NCBI GenBank assembly: GCA_020891255.1
Contig: BQFW01000003.1
Span: 992,001-1,056,000, forward strand
Source: Entomortierella parvispora E1425
Lineage: Eukaryota; Fungi; Mortierellomycota
Direction of reading: 5' to 3'
DNA length: 64,000 bases
Below are positions 30,598 through 42,619 of this stretch, one piece after another (position 1 is the stretch's first letter; each line of letters begins with the position of its first letter). The translations under genes and the position numbers were made by a program. The notes under the pieces were generated by a model. The model ran no database searches and was not told the origin of the DNA. It was given only the letters and a program-made list of their open reading frames with translations.

Positions 30598-31053
30598 ATG
30601 TCTCTCTTTCATTCCAAACGAGTCGCCGTCCAGCGCGTCTACTACAAGCCCTCAGTCATGTCTCGCTTGAAGGCTGCCGTCACTGGCCGCCCACAGCCTC
30701 GCCCCCGAGCAGCCAACCCAGCGCCATGTCGAATGAACCAAGGTGGCCGGACCGTGGTCCGTCAGCCCGTTCGCAAGAATGGTTTCTTCCATCGATCGCC
30801 TCGTCGTACTGTCGTTGCCTCCCAAAGAAGGCCTGGTTTCTTTGGCTCCATGCGTCCACGCCAACGCACTCCCAAAGGAGCGGCCGTCGCAGGTGGCCGT
30901 CGCCACCATGGCCATGACAAGAATAAGAATGACAAGCATCACAGCCACAAGGGCCGCAACGTGCTCGCGATCTTGGTACTCCTTGGACTCAAGAAGAAGC
31001 ACGACCACAAGAAGCACCACAAGCAACCGCGCCGCCATGATCATCATCTGTAA
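30598..31053 (+). CDS. Small, highly basic Arg/Lys/His-rich hypothetical protein (151 aa)
   Basis: ATG in context ACTATCATG after an A/C-rich leader and a TATA box; strongly coding-like codons (cgc/aag/cac). No recognisable domain. Confidence 0.7.
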   Translation: MSLFHSKRVAVQRVYYKPSVMSRLKAAVTGRPQPRPRAANPAPCRMNQGGRTVVRQPVRKNGFFHRSPRRTVVASQRRPGFFGSMRPRQRTPKGAAVAGGRRHHGHDKNKNDKHHSHKGRNVLAILVLLGLKKKHDHKKHHKQPRRHDHHL

Positions 31054-31391
31054 AAGGCAACAGAAGTGTACAGCCTTTGTAAAATAATACCTTTCATATC
31101 CTCCTCTGTACAATACCATGGCAATAAAAAAAACAGGTCCGTTGATAGCCATTTGCAATCTACAAACAGGGGCGCAGAGGAGAGAGGAGAGGAGGGGAAA
31201 GAAGGAGGGCGAGGGAGAGAGCATTCGTTTCTCCACGCGCGCGAGAGGGGAGAGAAGCAGCCAAAGACAAAGAAGAAAAAGAGAGAGCGCCGTGCGTCTT
31301 GTGCAACCGTGGATTCTTTTTTTGTCTTGACTGTCCAGTCCCCTCTGTCGTCTGCCTGGTGCTGTCGCCTCGTTTTGTGTTGTCCCTTCTT

Positions 31392-31422
<31 letters not shown>

Positions 31423-31458
31423 CTGTCCATCTCTGTCTATCTCTGTCTATCTCTGTCC
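31392..31458. repeat. (TCTG)n microsatellite grading into (CTCTGTCTAT)n
   Basis: tctgtctgtctg... followed by ctctgtccat/ctctgtctat units, upstream of the glycosyltransferase. Confidence 0.85.
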
Positions 31459-31986
31459 CTTCGTTTCTGTCTGTCTGTTTTTGCTCTCTTTGTCCCTGCA
31501 GCCATCATCATCATCTCATTGTCCATCTCCACCCTCTTTTCTTCTTCCTTTCCTTCTCTCCACATTCACCCTCTCCTCTCCACTCCTCTCTTCTCTTCTC
31601 CCTTCCCTCTTTTCCTCTTTTCTTCTTTTCCTCTTTTTCATCTTCCCCTTATCGCCCCTCCCCCTGCCATCCCCCTTTCACCTCCGTTGCAACGACATCT
31701 CACTCTTGTCTCCCATCCTGTTCCATCCCCATCTATTGCATCTATTGGCCTGGTTTTGGTCCCATCCCATCGGCTAATTCTCCCCTCGGACACCAGCGCT
31801 ACAATTCAGGCACCAAACAACGGACATTCAACCGCCACTCTTTGTCTCTGAATCCCTCTCTCTGCGACAACACAAACAACACAGTCTCTGCATCATCGCA
31901 CCGTCGTCAATCTCTTTTCTTCTCTTCGTCATCTGTCCATCCATCTTCGCCATCTTGCCTCCACCTAGGAGCATCTCCCTCTCACA

Positions 31987-34900
31987 ATGCGCCCTCCACA
32001 CCCGGGTCCCACAACACCAACGACCTGGGCCCCTCGCGCCCGCTACTTGCTGGCCCGTATGACCAGGTCCATGTCCTCCAGGATAGCCCTCGGGATGGCC
32101 ATCATCCTGATTGCTCTCTTCTCTTTCATGTCTGTCCTGTTCTCAAGCGCACCCAACGACATTTACTTCCCAGGTACACCTCCAGCGCGTCATCATCTAT
32201 TTAGCCTGGTTCAAAGTGCTCATCATCTAGAGATCGTGTGCATGGAAACCGAGAGCTAGGGCTGTTTTGTGTTTTTGCTATCAAATAACTCTCTAACGGG
32301 CAATCCTCTTTCTATTGCTCTTTTGTACGCCCGCTCTGTCCCCCTTGTCCTTTCCCCCACTCGTTCGACAAACCCTTACTTTGATCCGCATTAATCCTGT
32401 TGCTTGTCAAACTTTGTCCGCTGACCTTGATCTGGGTCCCCACCGCACTTTGCAGATGTCCTGCCTTCAGACTCAAGTGCCGACGATCAGGTGTATAACC
32501 CAGACCCACTTGCGCTGCTGGAACAACGGAGGCCCATGCGACACAGCTACCAGGAGCTGTACCGCCTCCCCTCGAAATTCATGCTCAATGAGGATGGAAC
32601 CGCCCCTGTTACAGTCATCATCCACCCAGAGGATTTTGGCTCCAGTTTGACCACACAGATCAAAGCACTCATGGCCCAGACAGACCTGCCCCAGGCCATT
32701 TGGATCGCTGTTGCAGAGGATCAGGACTTGACAAGGGTTCAGGAGGTGATTGCGTCCTTTGACCCTGAGGAGATCACACTCGAGGATGACCCAACTTTGG
32801 TCGACGAACCAGACCAGGAAGAGACCGAGGCTGATGTCGAGGAACTGGAAGAGGATGAACAGTCCCAGCGGATCAAGATGCGTATCTACTCCAAAAATGA
32901 TCCTTGGTGGGGCGTGGCACGTCAGGCATCATCCGAGTTCTTCCTTCTACTCGAAAACGGAGTTGTCCCTGGAAGCTCTTACCTGGGCACATTGCTCCGG
33001 ATGGCTCACACACCGGAATACTCTCGGTCGCTACTGGGAAGTCACGGAGCGGTGCTATCTGTCCTTCCAGAGGATAGCCTCGACAGTGACCAGGAGATCA
33101 AATGTTTACCCGAACAAGACAGCTACGGACAGGTCAGAGCGACGGAAGCCGTGGATGTTTTAACGGATATTTGGTTCGGAAGAACGGAAACCTTGGAGCT
33201 CTTGAGCTTAGAACCCTGGGCATCTACGGGTCGCACGCCCCTTAGCGTGTACATGAGCACTCTTCTTCGGTTCTACGGATCCATTCAGTCGATCGTGGTC
33301 GCCAATGATCCTCGCAACCTGGCGACCTGGGGAGATGTCCGGAAAAAGGATCAGCAACCAACATTCTGCACGGATATAAAGCGACTCTATAAAGAGAGTC
33401 AAAGCTGGAAGGACTGGATTGAGCGTGGAAAAGCCCTTGTATCTCAACATGAGAAATTGGCCACCATCGTCGCATTCGTTGCCAACGAAGATGAGGGCTT
33501 GTTACTCAAGGATCTCATCTGTAGATGGAGTCTCTCGCCAGATTTGTCAGTTCATGTTGCCGTAGCCGGTGCGAGCAGAGGTTTCAGCCGCAAGGAGTTT
33601 GCACGTTTGCTTCCCTCAGAAGGATGCCACGTTGGCATCTATGACCTACGCCTAAGCTTTGCTCCCGAGGATCCAACCCCATTGGAATCTGTCAAACTTT
33701 CGGCAGAGGCATCAATCAATACCTTCCAACTCATCAGCGCACTTCGGCCTAGAGTTATTTTTTATCTGCAGGAGCCGGACTCTGTATTTTCTGAAGGCCT
33801 TGATATTGCTCAGGCAAGAACCAAGGTTCCAGCAATTGCACTCAAACCTGAGGATATTGAGCATGTTCAGTGGCTGTCTGACCTCCCGATCCAAGCACTC
33901 GAGAGTATGACCCTATCTGAACTGGTTGAACCATCTTTTTAGTTCGGTACAGTTGACTGACTAATGACATTTGTTGTTCTTTAGATTGGAATACCCCCCA
34001 AGTCAAGCTTGTTGTTATTACGAACAACCGTCCAGGATCCTGTATTCGACTCTTGCGCTCGTTGACTCATGCTCACTACCTTAATGACGAAGTCTCGTTG
34101 ACCCTCAATATGGACGCAGAAGCCGATCGAGTCACGATTCAAATGGCTGGCTCGTTTCAATGGGAGTTTGGAGAGAAGTTCATGAGGCACCGCGTCCGTC
34201 GTGGAGGTCTGATGTTGGCAGTTGTAGAAGCATGGTATCCGCAGGGCAACGATGAATATGCAGTCTTGCTCGAGGATGATGTCGAAGTGTCGCCTCTGTT
34301 CTACTCTTGGATCAAGTACAACATTCTGAAGTACAGATATTCACCGGACAACCAGCTTTACCAGCGCATGTTTGGCGTGAGCATGTACTCTCAAAAGTTT
34401 GTCGAGACGCACCTGGCAGGACGAGCACCCTTCAACCCCGAGGATATTTTCATCGAAACTCCTGAATACGAGCTCAGGACACCATTTTTGCTTCAATTGC
34501 CTTGCAGTTGGGGTGCCGTTTACTTTCCAGAGCATTGGAGAGAGTTCCACGAGTATGTCGCAGACCGGTTACTGGACATTGAATGGAACAAGACCAGCCT
34601 ACAGTCTGTTCAGATCCCCAACTCTAGGACGAACCGTTGGTCCAACTCATGGAAGAAGCTCTTTATCGAAATGATTTACATGAGAGGCTATGTGATGCTC
34701 TACCCCAACTTTTTCAACTTTACATCCTTCTCGACGAACCATCTCGAGTGGGGTACTCATACCAAGCAGCAAAGAAACAGTGCAGGCACGTTCTTGGTGC
34801 CGCTTATGACAGACAGTGAGCGACTCTTGGGCGATCTCCCCAACCGACGATTGCCCGATTGGGATGGACTCCCTGTTTTGGATCTGTGGGCGAATCTGGC

Positions 34901-35267
34901 AACGAGCGCAGAGTTGATCAAGAGAGGCAGGGCCTTGCAAGAAAAACTAAACCCCTGCCTTTACAGGAACAGCCGTCAGGAGGTTGTTTGGGAAGGGCAG
35001 GAGAAGAATCTGAAGTGCGCAAAGACTCAGCCCTACTACTCAACCCATACGACTCCAGGACCCAAGACGACTTCGGTTCCACCCATCGAGACCATTAGCA
35101 TCTCGGCCATGGATCCTTCTGCCACGGGTACCGCATCAGCAGCATCACCAACAACCACGCCTCCACCAGTAGACCCAAGTCTGGAAGCCGTTGCCGATGG
35201 AGTGGCACCTCCAATCGCCAGTCTACGCAAGTCGCCGCTGCCAACTCCATCAGCACTACCCTATTAA
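31987..35267 (+). CDS. Type II membrane GT-A (family 2-like) glycosyltransferase with two GT-A-like domains, 3 exons
   Basis: N-terminal TM anchor IALGMAIILIALFSFMSVLF. In-frame splices FP|DVLP and LE|NWNTPQ. C-terminal domain VVITNNRPGS..RLLRSL, AWYP..DEYAVLLEDDVEVSP, QLPCSWGAVYFPEHW, NSWKKLFIEMIYMRGYVMLYPN. Confidence 0.85.
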
Positions 35268-36715
35268 CGGCTCGCTCTTTTTTTCTTTTCTTCACTTTCG
35301 TTTTCAGTGTGAGTTTTGATTCTGTTTTTTTTTTCGTACGAAGTGCATGCTACCTCACAACTTTAGACCTCATCCCCTCTCCTTCTCGTTCTCTTTTTTT
35401 CTGTTTTGCGAGCTTTTATTAATCTGTTGCTGGTCACTTTTGAAACGAACGAAAAAAAAAGAAAACGAATTTATATCCCTTTTCTTCTTCCCTCACCTCG
35501 CCTCACCTCTCCTTTCACAAAGTTTCTCTTCTTTTTCTTTCTCACTGTACAATAGTTTTTAAATAATAATGATTCCCATGGCAAGCTCATCTTGTTATTT
35601 TTTCAGATTTCATACCAGAGTGCTGGTTCATTTCTTTGCTTACATGGAATTCAACACTAAACTGCTAACCGATGACCATGTTGGCATCTATGCCACAACC
35701 ACATTGCTTCGACCGCGCGAAACAGCGATGGTAGGAATAGCTTTCAAGTGATCCTACTGACACTGGCACAGGCTCATTTCCTTGCGGCCCAGGAAATGTG
35801 TCTTCCTCTCCTTAGCGGCATTGTGAGGGGGTTGCCCTCCCCTGCCTCCACCTCGACACCCAGTGTAAGGGATCGGATCCATTTAGCACGGATGATTAAT
35901 GTAATGCATAGTGAGGGCCACGCAGCATTCTTCCTTCTCGTATCTTTTCTTTTTTCAAACCGAAAGGATTGGATCCGATAGTCGGGTGTCTTGGCGATGT
36001 GATTCTACAACTCAAAGTCAAGTGATTTCTCTCCAGCCTTGAAGCAAGAAGCAGAAATGTTGACGGTGGCGATCCATTCATTTGCTCTCTCGCTTTTGTC
36101 ACGTTGTCGTGATTTGCCACCAGAGATGCTGGCTGCTCCCATCCTTTCAGAGCGATAGAGATGTAGCATCGGTCTTCTACAAGGTGAGTATATTTCCCCT
36201 GGGAGAATGCGCTTGCTGGAACGCATCGAAGGGCGTTTGAGAAGAGGTCATGGAGTATCGTATCAAGTGGATAACTGTAGACTGTATGGTGTTTGCTGAA
36301 AGGAGATATCTGATTATTATAGATGTCGCTGTGCTGAATCAATGCTATAAGTTCCTGACACTTGTTGACATGGCGCTCCTGCTGAAAGGAGGTATATCTG
36401 ACTATTGCAGATGTCGCTGTGCCGAAGCAATTGTTTCTACTGATGGGGAAAAATAGCCGGCTGTTGCTGCTCTTTATGTCGTCTTTTAACTGCCCGGGCC
36501 CGCCAACGCAAGGCTTCACGGTGGACGGCATTTTCAAAGATAGAACGGGGATGAATGTTGGTCCAGATGTCGTCCAGGATTAGCTCCAGAATGAGAATGA
36601 AATAAGGGGACATGTCGTGTCACGATTGCTGCTTCCTATCCAAAAGTCATAGTGATGACAGATGCAGGTATTTGATCCACCATAGAGACGATTCGCTGAG
36701 GGATTGATGAGTGGA

Positions 36716-36747
36716 AAGGGATGAAGGGATGAAGGGATGAAGGGATG
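36716..36747. repeat. (AAGGGATG)4 tandem repeat
   Basis: Four consecutive 8-bp units, with degenerate GGAAT units following. Confidence 0.8.
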
Positions 36748-38722
36748 GAGGAATGGAGGAAAGGGGGAATGGCAAATGGCAACGAAATGAGAGCCCACAC
36801 ATGCACAGATTCCGTGATCTCTGCATGATTGTGCACGCCACTAAACTGAATTTTTTGTCCCAAATTTGAAAGGCGCGGTCCTTTTCTCTCCAAACCGCCC
36901 CTGCACTCTTGCCATATAACTGTTACCAGCAGCCACTCACCCTTGGTTCACATTCTTCGTTCATAACATCTGGTCAAATGTACAGTCATCTTGGCTTTGA
37001 ACTCCTCGTACATCCAATATCAGTTTCGGATCTGTTGCTCCTCTTCGCTGACTTGGAAGCCACCAACAGCAATCCAACCCAATATGACACAACGACATCA
37101 GCAGGCAGCAACAGGCAACAGCAGGCAACAGCAGGCAGAAGAATCAGCAACAGAGCCTCATGGCTCCTCTCTCTGTCTCTCCTCTTCCTTTCCCTCCTCT
37201 TCCTTTCCCTCCTCGTTCTTTCCCTCCTTTCTCTCCCTTCTTTCCCTCTTCTCCTTCCTCCCTCCCTCCCTCTTTCCCCCTCTGGATTAAATCGCCCATA
37301 GAACCGATCGCACTGTGCGTGGTTGTTAACGTATCATTCCTGATCTTTGCATGAAGGAAAGTCAAAGTGAGTCTCAGTGAAGATCATGAGCATCCCTGCA
37401 TCTCCTCACAGTCCAACCACATCTGAACCTCGCTTTTCTCTACCGAGTATAGCAGGCCCATTGCTTTACTGAATACACTCGTCATATGTTTTAGCTCGGA
37501 GTGGTGTGGGGCTCTTTATCGAAGAGATGGCTGCCCACATTGAATTCATCGTATCGAGCTTTTTGAATGACGAAGCTGGCCAGTCCTGACCAACAACGTC
37601 CACGGGCATGACTGCTCCATCTTCCCTGTTCCTACATTCCTCTCACACCCCACTTCATCTCCTCAGCCCCTTTCTACCCCATTTGTCCTCCTCCCTCTCC
37701 CTCTTCTCTTTCCTTTTCCCTCTCTATCACAGGAAGTAAAAAAACGAAGATTATAATAATTGTAAAAAATAAATAAAATATAAAATATTAAAAAAACATT
37801 GAGTGCCTGGCAGATGCAGAGAATCCTCGTTGATGCCGATCCTTCAACACTGCGACCGTGCATTTGGGCAAATGATATCGGCTCTCATTCTATCTCTACT
37901 AATTTCCTTCAGACATGCTTTCCCGCCCTCTCTATGTTTCTCTCTTTCGTTTTCTTCAAGGGCGAATTCCCTGGTCTACTATTGTTAAAGCAAACCAGAG
38001 AAAATAGTATATAAAGTAGATCTTGATGGATCTATATTCATTATTTCCCGGTCGATAAAAGCAGTGAAAAAAGGACGAGTTCACCAATTACCTGACCGGG
38101 AACAGGGCAATCAGTCAGGCCAGGAATTTGTCTTCATCTCGGAGTTGCTCTGCTCTGATCACAGGTTTTGCAGATGCTGTTGTCAAGCGAAATTTCCCGT
38201 CGCTTCCCAATGTTTATTTGAATTGTTGCCTCCATTTCGCACAGCACTACATGGATGCTGTTTTCCTTCCTCTCTTCTCTCTTTCTTCCTCTCCATCGTC
38301 ATCACCGATATTCTCAGGTAAGTCTTTCCCTACTTCTGCCCATTTGCCCCTCCTCCTGCCCCTCCCCTTACCCCTTCACTTGCTCTCTGTTTCCTTCATC
38401 TTGCTGTCTCTCATCCTGCCTCTCCTCATACTGTCTTTCCCAATCCTTCTTTTCACCTATTTTACTTGCCCTCCCATCATTACTCTTTCGCTTCCTTATC
38501 ACCGTCCTCTCCACTCAACCATTACGTTGGCATGGACACCATCTTACACGTTCTTTTCCCCTGGCAATTACTTGATTTTCTCTCTCCCTCTATCTCTCTC
38601 CTGCACTCTAAGACTCAGGTAACACATCTTGAAATCCCACTTTCTTAACCGTTCGTAACATCAGTACTCTTTTCAACGTGCCATCTTCATCCTTATCAAC
38701 CATAGCTTCATAGACTGTCATT

Positions 38723-40480
38723 ATGAACGCTTCGCCGACCGAACCCGTGCCCGAGCACATGCCCCGGCCAGAGCTCATGTTCCCCAGTGCGCAAAATCTG
38801 GAGACGTTGACACCAGAAGTTGCCGCCTTGATTGCAGAGATGTTGCCGACTTATTCTCTCGCCGCCTGCACCGGTGTTAGTAGGGCTACTCGGAGGTTAT
38901 TCTTACCATCCCTGTTCCAAGCAATCGATTTGGAGGATGGAGGCAGAGCGTCATTTTGTTCCCAAGTGACGCAGGACATTTACCGCTTGCACGCTCCACG
39001 AACGACATCTTTCAAGTCCCCCTGGGGATTGGTCCATGGAGAGATGCTCCAGCGGCAGCAGGTCCAGAACTTGCGAGATCTTGATCTCAAGTTCGTTGCC
39101 CAGAGCCATGCTGTCAACTTTTCCGAGCAGGTGGTGGATTTGGTGAGCGGGGTAATAAGGACGAATCCCAGCTTGGACCAAGTGACATTGAGGGGAGTCT
39201 TGGACTGGGTTGACATGCTGGACAGTATGTCGGGGAGCTGTCAGCCCGATCACCTCGTCAGCCTGACGCTGAGCTGGCTGGGAATGGAGCTCACTCCTTT
39301 AGTGGAGGAGGGTGAGGAACTCGCTGTTCCGTCACCTGCAGAAGTTGGCCTACTGGCTAACTTGGAGGCACTCAGTCTTTGTCGGTTTCGTGGGTCCCTC
39401 CACAAAATCGTAACTCTGCTTTCTTGGTGCAGCAATTTAAAGGAGGTGACGTTCATTCAGCCGCGGTGGGTGGCGTCTGATGAAGACTTTAACCTGCTCA
39501 TAAGGCCGTTGAGCAGAGTAAGACACATCTCCTGGGCCATTAGGGAGATACGCGAAGGGGATTTGTCCAAATTCTTGGCATTGGGTCCAGAGCGGTCAAA
39601 GAGTTTTACGGTAGGTCCGAGCTGTGCTCGTGACATAAACTCTTTGGCCCTCCATGCGGAATGGATAAGATCCTTGACGCTGAGTGTCGAGGTGAGGGTT
39701 GGGGAAGGCACCCCCGGAACGGCTCTCCAAAGATTCTTGATGGAGGCCCGCAGGCTGGAAGAGCTGCGGACGCTACCGATGGAGGACTTCAAGGATTTTG
39801 GGATGCATCAGCATGAACGACTCAAGGTCGATCACATGGTGGATAATGTCAAGTCGAGCGGGCCTAAAACGATCTTCCTTAAGGAATGGACATGCTGGAA
39901 GACCCTCACACGCTTGGAGGTGATTTTCGAGTTCGAGTTCTCGGTGCCCAGCTCCTATGAGTGGGTGGATGAGGAGGACGAGGACGAGGACAAGGACAGG
40001 GACGAAGACCAGGAGGAAGTGGAAGATGAAGAGGAAGAGGAGGAAGAAGAGGAAGAAGAAGAGGACGGAGAACTTGGTCTCATGACTGAAAAGAGTAGAA
40101 AGGCCCATGCAATCTTGTATGGCCAGCTTGCTACTCTGGAAGGGTTGGAGTATCTCCGGCTCAGTCAGAGGAGGAGTTCAGGCTCACTTCGTCCTGGTGG
40201 TTCATTCTTTGGCTGCTTCCCGTTGTTGTCAATCGAGTCTGGAATTCAAGATCTTGCGGGACTAGTCCGACTCAAGACTCTCGATGTACGATGGCTGACA
40301 CACCAGATCCATGTTCCAGAATTGGAGTGGATGCGGGAGGAGTGGGCTAGTCTTGAGGTAATCCCTGGCTTGCTGCAATTGCCTCCAAACCCAAGTCAGG
40401 AATCCCTGGATCGAGTCGAGTTGGCTTCCGCTTGGATGGCACAGCACCGTGGTGTCGGACGTCTCGCTTTTCAGGATTAG
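38723..40480 (+). CDS. F-box-like / RNI-like leucine-rich repeat protein with acidic tract, intronless (585 aa)
   Basis: F-box-like ETLTPEVAALIAEML...LAACTGVSR...LFLPSLFQAIDL. LRR-like segments; ~35-aa D/E run. C-terminus LYGQLATLEGLEYLRL...LSIESGIQDLAGLVRLKTLDV...ELEWMREEW, of the type expanded in Mortierellaceae. Confidence 0.8.
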   Translation: MNASPTEPVPEHMPRPELMFPSAQNLETLTPEVAALIAEMLPTYSLAACTGVSRATRRLFLPSLFQAIDLEDGGRASFCSQVTQDIYRLHAPRTTSFKSPWGLVHGEMLQRQQVQNLRDLDLKFVAQSHAVNFSEQVVDLVSGVIRTNPSLDQVTLRGVLDWVDMLDSMSGSCQPDHLVSLTLSWLGMELTPLVEEGEELAVPSPAEVGLLANLEALSLCRFRGSLHKIVTLLSWCSNLKEVTFIQPRWVASDEDFNLLIRPLSRVRHISWAIREIREGDLSKFLALGPERSKSFTVGPSCARDINSLALHAEWIRSLTLSVEVRVGEGTPGTALQRFLMEARRLEELRTLPMEDFKDFGMHQHERLKVDHMVDNVKSSGPKTIFLKEWTCWKTLTRLEVIFEFEFSVPSSYEWVDEEDEDEDKDRDEDQEEVEDEEEEEEEEEEEEDGELGLMTEKSRKAHAILYGQLATLEGLEYLRLSQRRSSGSLRPGGSFFGCFPLLSIESGIQDLAGLVRLKTLDVRWLTHQIHVPELEWMREEWASLEVIPGLLQLPPNPSQESLDRVELASAWMAQHRGVGRLAFQD

Positions 40481-42619
40481 TTTGACACCGAGTTCGCCTG
40501 TGGGAAGGGTATGTACAAAAGGTATCATGGAAGCACGAACTTGTCGTTCGTTCCCTTTTCTAACCGCCGTTTTGTCTGCTTTTTATGGTAGGCCGTTCTC
40601 TTGCTCTTTGTTTTTCTCTTTTCTTTTTTTTTTTTTTTTTTGTCATTTGCTTTTTTGTTGTAGTTCTCTATTGCCCTCGTTCTTTGTTGCTGTTTCTATC
40701 TGTTTCTATTGTTCTTCGTCCTGTATTTCTTTTGTATTTCGTTGTATTTGTATTTCGTTGTAATTTTATAATAATAGTTCGTTGTATTTGTATTTCTTTG
40801 CAGTTTGTTCTTCGTTTTCCGTTCCGTTGCTGTCCCGCAACCAGCCCTTGCTTGTTTAGTGACTCTGAGCATCTTCTCGTCCACTCAACCCGGCAATCAG
40901 CGATTCGATTGGTCCCTACAATGGCACTCTGCTGTTCGTCCACCGCTGCTTCGTCCTAGAGGTACTGAGCTGTCTACACAGACCCGAATGGCTTTATTCG
41001 TGCTCCTGTCGCCTCAGCACCTCCTGCCAATTGCTCGGTTTTACGACGCCCTCAAAGCCTGCCCGGTCCATTCGAGCCTCTGACACTATCAGCCAGACTC
41101 TAATTCGCCGGCCCATTTTGACTGGCCATGTACATCCACTCAGCCCTTTGGTGCACTCCCTGCCATCTGCCTGTCTGAAAATCCGACACTATTAGCAAAC
41201 TTGCTTTCAGACTCCATTCTGCATGGTCATTTAGCTCTCCTTCCACTCTCCCTTATCCTTTGGTGCTCTCCATCATTTGTCTGGCCTCCAGTGCTGTTAG
41301 CAAAGTCATCGCCCAGACTTCTGTGTCTCCTTTTCAAGACTGATGACTCCTTGTCAAGTGTATATTATCCTGAGGTCGATCATCTACTTCGCTATTTGTG
41401 GTACCCTTCTGCTCCAGTTCGCCTTGCTTGATAGGGCCTCTCTGTCGCCGTCATCAGCACAAGAGGACTATCACTTTCAAGAGCTTTAACTGTCTCCAGG
41501 GTCTTGTTGCCATCAACCTTTCCGCATGTCCTGATCAAGATGGGCACAGTCTAGATCTCCATTATCTTTGAGGCCAGGACGTCGAGAATTTGAAGACAGC
41601 CAGTTTATTCAGTTCGGTGCCTAAGTATATTCTCGCACGCTGATGAGCTATATCGACTGCTTGATCGTGTCTTCATCCTTTGTAATAAATCAGCTTTTCG
41701 AGTATGACTTAATTCAAGTCTTTTACTACAACTCGCCTTCGTCTTCATCGGTGACAGATGATATGGGGGTGATGGGGGAAGGAAGTTGTATGGTAGACAT
41801 CGTGGACAAGCGGCGCGATTTCTGTAGTTAAATCAGCTCATAATGGGCCCTCCTTGAAAACACAGTCGCCCAGAATAGAGCACAGCTTTCATGTAGCGCG
41901 TGGGGTCTACTTCGAGAACATACTGGTGTCTCTGGCGCTTGATGGTCTTGGAGAATTGAGATGGCAGTTCTGTTATCCAGTGCTGTCATGATATATCGTC
42001 GATACTCTATGTTCACCGCTACTGCTCTATAGTAACACCACTGGAGATATCCATCACATCAAAACCCACGGTGCATTCTGCGGTACCGACTCAGTCTATA
42101 GATTTCAAGTGAAATCAGCAAACATTCCAGTATCGTTGGTGAACACTGTATTGAAGACTGTACAGAATTTTGGCCGATGGCAACGACAAGTCAAGGTGGC
42201 ACTTGTGCCATCTGACGTGCCATCTGTTAGCTTGAGTCTCTTTTCTTGTTCCTTCATGGAGCAAGTCCACAGGGGAAGGAAAAGAGCGACCTTAAACGAG
42301 GTAATTTGAAGATGTTTTTTTATTGGCAAAGAGCTGGTAGAAATGTGACAAAAGCCACTATTGTAATCGCATGCTTCTGGATCCGGAGGTGTATACGACC
42401 GTTGCGTTGCTCTTTTTATGTTTGAAGAGAACCTGCGGTCTAGGATCGTCTCACGACAATAAAAATTTACTACTTCCTTATGTTCTCCATCACTGCCGGC
42501 TGGCGATGGCCAAGGTGTATGTCTATCAGAAAGATTTCCGCTTCAGTGGTCTCGCCGGAAAATCCAGGGCACCTATTTTTTGTGTATTTGTCCAGAAGTT
42601 AGCCACAGTCGCACTACAT

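Noticed and set aside
31066-32204. 261-aa and 301-aa ORFs rich in L/S/F/C
   Set aside because: They arise from (TCTG)n and CT-rich promoter sequence upstream of the glycosyltransferase.
35896-36537. 213-aa minus-strand ORF, and a plus-strand DLPPEML F-box-like heptapeptide at ~36110
   Set aside because: No recognisable domain in the ORF. The heptapeptide is followed by a stop and is too short to call a pseudogene.
38128-38260. GFADAVVKRNFP...CCLHFAQH resembling a MULE transposase CxxH segment
   Set aside because: Short isolated similarity with no DDE context on either side. It would need a tblastn/HMM hit to support it.
41390-41560. Minus-strand peptide DGNKTLETVKALESDSPLVLMTA...GAEGY resembling a receiver (REC) domain
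   Set aside because: It is bounded by stops, lacks the phospho-acceptor Asp block, and the TA-to-GA spacing is too short. Probably chance.
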